A DNA stretch of 64,000 bases. Source: an uncultured delta proteobacterium (GTDB taxonomy: Bacteria; Myxococcota_A; Polyangia; Polyangiales; Houyiibacteriaceae). Numbering within the stretch: position 1 is the first letter of the stretch; each line of letters opens with the position of its first letter. The notes beneath the pieces are model-generated. The model worked only from the letters and a program-made list of their open reading frames with translations. It was not told the DNA's origin and searched no databases. Made by a program: the position numbers and the translations under genes. This document shows, one piece after another, positions 58,025 to 64,000 of this stretch. The stretch covers positions 800,001 to 864,000 of the forward strand of contig CAVOVB010000001.1 of assembly GCA_963699755.1 (NCBI GenBank), read 5' to 3'.

Positions 58025-59175
58025 TGCTCCCCTGCGCGCAGCTCGATCCGAGTCGTGTCGATTCGCCGGCCTTCGTGATTGACCTCGCTTCCTTGGAGCG
58101 GAACCTCGAGCTGCTGGCCCATGCTCGGCGTGCCGCGGATTGCGGCATCCTGCTGGCGCTCAAGGGCTTTGCAGCCTGGTCGACCTTTCCGCTGGTCGCC
58201 AAGTATCTCGACGGCGTCGCGGCGAGCGGCCCCGATGAGGCACGCCTTGGGCACGAGGAGCTCGGCAAGCAGGTTCATACGTATTGTCCAGCTTTCGACG
58301 AAGCCTCGCTGCGCGAAACGATTCGCCATTCCGACCACGTCACCTTCAACTCGCCATCGCAGATCGATCGCTTCCGCTCTGTCATCAAGGAGCACGCCTC
58401 GGATGCGAGCTTCGGGTTGCGCATCAATCCCGAACACTCCGAAGTCGATGTGGCGATCTACGACCCTTGCGCTCCGGGGTCACGACTAGGGACCACGAAG
58501 CACGCCCTGGTGAGAGCCGACCTCCGAGGGATCGACGGCCTACACTTTCATACGCTCTGCGAGCTTGGTGCCGACGCCCTTCAGCGCACCCTCGCTGTGG
58601 TCGAAGATCAGTTCGCTCCATGGCTGGACCATGCGAAATGGGTGAACTTCGGGGGTGGACATCACATCACGAAACCCAACTACGACGTCGGCCTGCTCAT
58701 CGACTTGATCCGGGAGTTCAAGCGTGAGCACCGGGTCGACGTCTTCCTCGAGCCGGGCGAAGCGATCGGGCTCAACGCGGGCGTGCTCGTCGCATCGGTG
58801 CTCGACATCGTCGAAAACGATGGGCCGATCGCGATCCTCGACACCTCGGCGACGGCGCACATGCCCGATGTGCTCGAGATGCCGTATCGCCCCCTCATAC
58901 GAAACGCCGCGGAGCCTGGGAGGCTCCCATACGACTACCGGCTCGGCGGTCTGAGCTGTCTCGCGGGCGACATGATCGGTGAGTACTCCTTTGCCAGGCC
59001 CCTGGAGGTCGGCGACCGGCTGATCTTCGAAGACATGGCTCACTATACGATGGTCAAGACGACGACCTTCAACGGGGTCCGGCTGCCATCGATCGCGCTG
59101 TACGACCCGAGGAATGACTCGTACCGCGTCCAGCGCCGCTTTGGGTACGAGGACTATCGAAACCGGTTGTCCTGA
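58024..59175 (+). CDS. nspC: Carboxynorspermidine decarboxylase
   Basis: LALKGF PLP lysine, GLHFHTLCE, NFGGGHHIT, EPGEA, HMPDVLEMPY, CLAGD, HYTMVKTTTFNG. Confidence 0.93.
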   Translation: MLPCAQLDPSRVDSPAFVIDLASLERNLELLAHARRAADCGILLALKGFAAWSTFPLVAKYLDGVAASGPDEARLGHEELGKQVHTYCPAFDEASLRETIRHSDHVTFNSPSQIDRFRSVIKEHASDASFGLRINPEHSEVDVAIYDPCAPGSRLGTTKHALVRADLRGIDGLHFHTLCELGADALQRTLAVVEDQFAPWLDHAKWVNFGGGHHITKPNYDVGLLIDLIREFKREHRVDVFLEPGEAIGLNAGVLVASVLDIVENDGPIAILDTSATAHMPDVLEMPYRPLIRNAAEPGRLPYDYRLGGLSCLAGDMIGEYSFARPLEVGDRLIFEDMAHYTMVKTTTFNGVRLPSIALYDPRNDSYRVQRRFGYEDYRNRLS

Positions 59176-59212
59176 GGCTTGAACTTCGATCCAAAGCGGT
59201 AAGACTCGCGTG

Positions 59213-59725
59213 ATGGGGGACTTCTCGGATTTCACTACGTACGCCAAGGAAACCGGCGCGCGCCTCAGCGACCAACCGCTTCTCTTCGAGACGACGAAAC
59301 GGCTCGACGTCACGCAGCAGGAGCTCTTCGACTACGTGACCGACTTCGATCGGTCGAGCGAGTGGATCATCGGCGCCAAGAAGAGTTGGACGGACAATAG
59401 CGAGGCCGAAGCACCGGGTGAAATCGGGGCGGTTCGCGTCATCAAGAGCGGAGGCCCAACCCCGGTTCTGGAGCGGGTGAAGGCTTACGAGGCGCCACGC
59501 ATGCTCGCGTACTCTGCAAATGACGAGGCGTTCATGGGGCTCTGCTCCGACCATCTTGGTGTGATGACCTGCGAGCCACATCCCGACGGCGGCACGGTGA
59601 TTTGCTGGCTTGCCTATGGGCGGCTGGCGAGCAATCCGATCAAGGCCTGGGCGGGGAAGAAGCTGCTCCAAGTCGCGCTCCTCGGAGGCATGAAGAACCT
59701 GGCACGAAAGTTTTCGCCTCGTTGA
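59213..59725 (+). CDS. SRPBCC/polyketide cyclase family protein
   Basis: LFDYVTDF...EW, G.VR, ERV..YEAP..LAY pattern. Confidence 0.75.
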   Translation: MGDFSDFTTYAKETGARLSDQPLLFETTKRLDVTQQELFDYVTDFDRSSEWIIGAKKSWTDNSEAEAPGEIGAVRVIKSGGPTPVLERVKAYEAPRMLAYSANDEAFMGLCSDHLGVMTCEPHPDGGTVICWLAYGRLASNPIKAWAGKKLLQVALLGGMKNLARKFSPR

Positions 59726-59729
59726 GCGC

Positions 59730-62700
59730 ATGGAGCTCATCCGCAGCAACCGCACCGAGAACCTAGCGGACGCGCTCGCGTCGCGAATCCGCGAAAGCCC
59801 TCTCGGTCCCTTTGAACGCGAAGTGATCGTCGTCCAGAGCCGGGGCATGGAGCGCTGGCTCACGCTTGCGCTCGCCGAGCGGCTCGGCATTTGGAGCAAT
59901 CCGTCTTTTCCATTCCCGCGCGCGGTGATCGAACAGGTTCTCTCTGGCCTTTCGCTCGGCGCCTCGGATGAAGCAAGAGCCTACGAACCGGACCGTTTGA
60001 AGTGGACGATCGCCGAGCTGCTACGCGAATCAGCGCCTGCGAAGCTCAATGCCTTTCTGGGCGAGCCCCGGGATGCCGATCGGGTGCTTCGGCTGGCCAC
60101 GAGCGTCTCGGTCGCATTCGACGACTATGTCGTGTACCGACCGCAGCTCTTGGCACGCTGGGCCAAGGGGGACGATGGCCGTGAGGATTGGCAGCCCGAG
60201 CTCTGGCGTCGGGTGGTAGAACGACTGGGCCCGAATGATCTCGCGTCGCGAGTTGCTCAGGCGCTCACGGCTCTCCGCTCCGGACAGGCGAGCGGCGCGA
60301 CCGATGTCAAGCGCCTCAACCTCTTTTCACTCGAGACTCTGCCCCCTTTGTTCCTGGAGCTATTCAGCCTGCTGTCGAAGTCCGTTCCAACCACCTTCTA
60401 CCTGCTCGAGCCTTCGTCGGAGTACGTCTCGGATCTCGACCCGGCGCCGCGGCTCTCAGCAGAAGTGGGTGACAGTGCGACCGACGGCCACCCGCTCCTT
60501 GCGAGCCTCGGTCGCCTCGCTCGCGACTTCCAACAGATTCTCCTCGAGGTGGACCATGCGGTTCACCTCGAGGCCGATCGATTCGAAGCCCCTAGGCGGA
60601 CGAGCCTCCTCAACTCGCTGCAAGCCGACATCCTGGAGTTCCGAAGCCCCGCCGAAGAGGGCGCGCGGCAGGAGATCGAGGCGTCCGATGTTTCGATCGC
60701 GCTCCATGCCTGCACTGGGCCGATGCGCGAGGTCCAGGTGCTTTACGAGCTGATCCGCGCGGCGCTCGAAGACGACGCGACGCTGCGTCCCGAAGACATC
60801 GTGGTGATGACACCGGACCTCGAGGCCTATGCGTCTGCCTTTCGCGCTGTCTTCGCCGAGGACGATCGGCGCCCGATACCCTATGAGGTGCACGACCGGA
60901 AGACGCGCGATGACGCTTCGTTTTACGACGACTTTCTCGCCGTGCTCGATGTTCTCGATTCACGCTTTTCCGTGCTGGATCTGGTCCCGCTCATGGATGC
61001 CCACTCGCTTCGGGAAGAGTTCCGATTCACGCAGGACCAACGTGCGCGGCTCGCCGAGCTGCTCGCAGCGGCCGGGGTTCGCTGGGGAATCGATGCACAG
61101 CACCGTGCCGAGCTCGAGTTTCCCACCGAGCCGCTGCACACCTGGCGCGCGGGTCTTGGCCGACTCTTTCTCGGCTTTGCATTGCCACCAGAGGCGACCG
61201 GCGTGTTCCAAGGTTCCTTGCCTCGAGGTGCACCGAGCCTGAGTGACGCGGAGCTCGTGGCGCGCCTGGCCCGGCTCTGTGAGCTGCTGTTCGAGCTCCA
61301 GCGCCGCAGTCGGGGGGCGCTCGACGTCGATTCTTGGGTCCGAGAGCTCCAGCGGCTTTGCTCGTCTCTCTTCGCGGAGAACGACGAAAGCAGCGGGGGC
61401 CTGAGAGTCCTCCGCTCTGCGCTCGGGGACCTCGGGTTGATCGCCAGCGCCGGTGGCTATCGCGGTCTGATCACGTTGAAGACGCTGCGACGCGAGCTCG
61501 GAGCCTTGCTGGTTCAGCGAGCGCCAGCCGTCGGCTTCCTTCGTAGGGGGGTGACGCTCACCGAGCTCGTCCCGCTTCGCTCGGTTCCGTTTCGCGTGGT
61601 CTGCCTGCTCGGAATGAGTGAGGACGTTTTTCCCCGTGCGGACAAGCGCCCAAGCTTCGACGCGCTGGTTTCCGATCACAAGCCCGGGGACCGAAACAGA
61701 AGAGACGACGACCGTCATTCGTTCCTCCAAGCGATCCTCTGCGCGCGAGACCGGCTCATCATCACGTACAGCGCGCTAGCTTCGGGCCCGAGAAGCGTCG
61801 CCAACCCATCACCTGCGGTCTGGGAGCTCCGAGAAGCCGTGCGCCAGTACTATGTTCTGCCGGGGAATGAGCCGGTGCTCGAGGCGACGGCGCATCCGCT
61901 GCATCCCTTCGACCATCGATACTTCGAAGAGGGCTCGCTGCCTCGAAGCACGTCGCAGCGCTATCTCGAGATCGCTCGTTCGCTCGGGGAGCCAAGGCTG
62001 GAGCCGACCCGCGTCGAGCTCAGAGGCGAACCTGAAACGGAGGAGCAATCCCTCTCGGTCGGCGAGCTTGCCGCCTGGCTGTGGAACCCCACCTCGGCCT
62101 TCATCGAAAGGGTGCTTCAGGCCCGCTTTGCCGCGTCGGCGCTCTACGAACCCGCGAGTGGCCTGACCGAGCTTGGTCGCTACGCTGCCGCCAGGGTCGG
62201 CAACGAAGCGCTGCAAGGCGGTCTTCGCGGCGAAGCACTCGACGCTTACCTCGGCGCTTCCCCCGACTTCCCGGATGGGACATGGGGTGCTCTGGAGAGG
62301 CAACGGATCGGAAGGGAGATCCGGGTCATCGAGAGCCGCAAGGCGATGCTCGAGCCTGCCGAACCAGCTCAGTCGGAGCTCGTCAGCGCCGAGGTGGCCG
62401 GCTTGACTCTCGAAGCGCGGCTCGACGGCCTGTACCCGGAGCAGCGCATCCTCGAGCGCTTCACGAACCCGGGTTCGCGAAGCGAGCTGACTGTCTGGCT
62501 GGAGCACCTGATCCTACAGACCAAGGGCGCACAGCAGAGCACCACGCAGCTGGTTCTCCGAGGAACGGAAACCAGGGCGAGCCTCATCTCTTTCAAACCC
62601 GTTTCCGATGCGCATGCTCAGCTCGAGGTCTTGATCGACCTCTATCGCGCCTCGCGCGAGGCGCCGCTGCCCCTGCTCGAGAAAGCATCGAGGCTGTTCG

Positions 62701-62903
62701 TCGAGAAGCTCTTGGAGAGCGGCTCGGTCAAGGCTTTTTCGACGGCGCAGAAGGAGCTCCAGATGCAGCGCAGATGGGACCCATACCTCCGGTACGTGTT
62801 CGGGCAAGAAGACCCTTTCGATGACGCCGCTTGGCGCGAGGCCTTCGAAGCCGCTGCGATCCAGCTCTATGAGCCGCTTTTCAAGCATCGGAGCGAAGAA
62901 TGA
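59730..62903 (+). CDS. recC: Exodeoxyribonuclease V gamma subunit
   Basis: SNRTENL, VVQSRGMERWL, REVQVL, DIVVMTPD, PLRSVPFRVVCLLGM, HPLHPF. Confidence 0.95.
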   Translation: MELIRSNRTENLADALASRIRESPLGPFEREVIVVQSRGMERWLTLALAERLGIWSNPSFPFPRAVIEQVLSGLSLGASDEARAYEPDRLKWTIAELLRESAPAKLNAFLGEPRDADRVLRLATSVSVAFDDYVVYRPQLLARWAKGDDGREDWQPELWRRVVERLGPNDLASRVAQALTALRSGQASGATDVKRLNLFSLETLPPLFLELFSLLSKSVPTTFYLLEPSSEYVSDLDPAPRLSAEVGDSATDGHPLLASLGRLARDFQQILLEVDHAVHLEADRFEAPRRTSLLNSLQADILEFRSPAEEGARQEIEASDVSIALHACTGPMREVQVLYELIRAALEDDATLRPEDIVVMTPDLEAYASAFRAVFAEDDRRPIPYEVHDRKTRDDASFYDDFLAVLDVLDSRFSVLDLVPLMDAHSLREEFRFTQDQRARLAELLAAAGVRWGIDAQHRAELEFPTEPLHTWRAGLGRLFLGFALPPEATGVFQGSLPRGAPSLSDAELVARLARLCELLFELQRRSRGALDVDSWVRELQRLCSSLFAENDESSGGLRVLRSALGDLGLIASAGGYRGLITLKTLRRELGALLVQRAPAVGFLRRGVTLTELVPLRSVPFRVVCLLGMSEDVFPRADKRPSFDALVSDHKPGDRNRRDDDRHSFLQAILCARDRLIITYSALASGPRSVANPSPAVWELREAVRQYYVLPGNEPVLEATAHPLHPFDHRYFEEGSLPRSTSQRYLEIARSLGEPRLEPTRVELRGEPETEEQSLSVGELAAWLWNPTSAFIERVLQARFAASALYEPASGLTELGRYAAARVGNEALQGGLRGEALDAYLGASPDFPDGTWGALERQRIGREIRVIESRKAMLEPAEPAQSELVSAEVAGLTLEARLDGLYPEQRILERFTNPGSRSELTVWLEHLILQTKGAQQSTTQLVLRGTETRASLISFKPVSDAHAQLEVLIDLYRASREAPLPLLEKASRLFVEKLLESGSVKAFSTAQKELQMQRRWDPYLRYVFGQEDPFDDAAWREAFEAAAIQLYEPLFKHRSEE

Positions 62904-64000
62904 ACGCCGTTTCGCCTGAGCTGATCTCGCTCGATGCGCCAGCGCTGGTCGAAGCCAGCGCCGGGACTGGGAAGACCTACACGATCACGACGTACTTCGT
63001 TCGCGGGATTTTGGAAGATGATCTCAATCCCGAGCAGATCCTGGTCCTGACCTACACGAAGGCCGCCACGGCGGAGCTTCGGGCACGCGCGAGAGAAAGA
63101 ATCGTGGCGACCATCGGCTTGCTCGACGCAGAGCCGGGCAACGCCGACGTGCTTCAGGGCGTCGTCGACGCGGCGGTGGAGCGACTGGGCCGAAGGCAGG
63201 TGGAGACGACGTTGAGAACGGCGCTTGGCGAGATGGATCGTGCGGCGATTCTGACGATTCATGGGTTCTGCCAGCGGCTCCTTCAAGACTATCCGCTCGA
63301 GCTCGGCGTGGACTTCGATTTCGAGGTCTCTGAGGACACGGCGTCGATCCACTCCGAGCTCGCGGTCGACTTTTGGACCAAGGAGCTCTACCAGGCGCCC
63401 GACTGGCTGCTGCGCGCTCTGGAAAAGGAGACGATCAACGTTCGACGTCTAACGCAGCTGGCGAACCTTGCCCGCTTGCCCAAGGCCGAGATCCTCGGGC
63501 CGGCGCCGAGCGAGGTCGACGAAGAGGCGCTGAAGCTCTGGCTACAGTACAGACGGGAGGCTGCTGAGCTCTGGAGAGCGCATCGAGACGAGGTGCTCGA
63601 GATCTTGCTGAACGACCAGGGCCTCGATCGTCGGCATTACCAGAGGCGCAGCGTCACGAATAGGTGGCGCCTCGAGCTCGACGACTTCTTCACCAAGACG
63701 CGCTTCCGATTCCCGCCAAGCTTCATCGACAGGCTGGCGCAGGGCAGCATGCGAACGAAGAACTCAAGCAAGGAGCCCGAGCACGACTTCTTCAAGGCGT
63801 GCGCCAGGTTCTGGAGCGTTCACGAACCAATGATTCCGGGGCTCGAGTTCGCGGCGTTTGCTTTCCAAAAACGCTTCATCGAGTTCGTGAGGCAGCAGAC
63901 CCGCAAGCGTCGAAGCGACCGGGCGGTATTCACCTACGACGACCTACTCGACACCGTGTACGCGCCTTTTGACTCTTCTCGTTCGCACGAGGCCTCTTTC
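62900..64000 (+). CDS. recB: Exodeoxyribonuclease V beta subunit (partial, runs off window end)
   Basis: ATGA overlap with recC; EASAGTGKTYTI, ILVLTYTKAATAELR, ILTIHGFCQRLL, TYDDLL. Confidence 0.95.
   Translation, partial: MNAVSPELISLDAPALVEASAGTGKTYTITTYFVRGILEDDLNPEQILVLTYTKAATAELRARARERIVATIGLLDAEPGNADVLQGVVDAAVERLGRRQVETTLRTALGEMDRAAILTIHGFCQRLLQDYPLELGVDFDFEVSEDTASIHSELAVDFWTKELYQAPDWLLRALEKETINVRRLTQLANLARLPKAEILGPAPSEVDEEALKLWLQYRREAAELWRAHRDEVLEILLNDQGLDRRHYQRRSVTNRWRLELDDFFTKTRFRFPPSFIDRLAQGSMRTKNSSKEPEHDFFKACARFWSVHEPMIPGLEFAAFAFQKRFIEFVRQQTRKRRSDRAVFTYDDLLDTVYAPFDSSRSHEASF

Noticed and set aside
63664..63972. Separate ORF after an apparent TAG at 63661
   Set aside because: The TAG is out of frame; recB reads AAT-AGG-TGG through it and stays open to the window end.

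Overview
GC-rich 64-kb chromosomal window from a myxobacterium. The 16S 5' signature and MYXO-CTERM/Cys-rich surface proteins suggest Polyangiales (Sandaracinaceae-like). Housekeeping and metabolic content: ECF42 sigma/DGPF module with divergent promoters, lrp-gltB-gltD, rdgB, a carboxy(nor)spermidine dehydrogenase/decarboxylase pair, recC-recB (partial), two di-heme cytochrome c peroxidase-family genes, a sigma54-controlled DUF1641-SQR-PDO sulfide oxidation operon, glycosyltransferases, two large surface proteins and an ASKHA activase/dehydratase-like pair. The most striking structure is a stand-alone 16S rRNA gene with no linked tRNA or 23S. Its last 37 nt plus processing-stalk trailer and a terminator-like end recur 5.3 kb downstream as a diverged, gap-free 152-bp copy (about 85% identical by manual count). 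The two copies bracket an island-like segment carrying a nucleotidyltransferase/antitoxin-like pair, two GSTs, an EBP-like sterol isomerase candidate and four frameshifted genes. All calls come from motif recognition only; no database searches were run.
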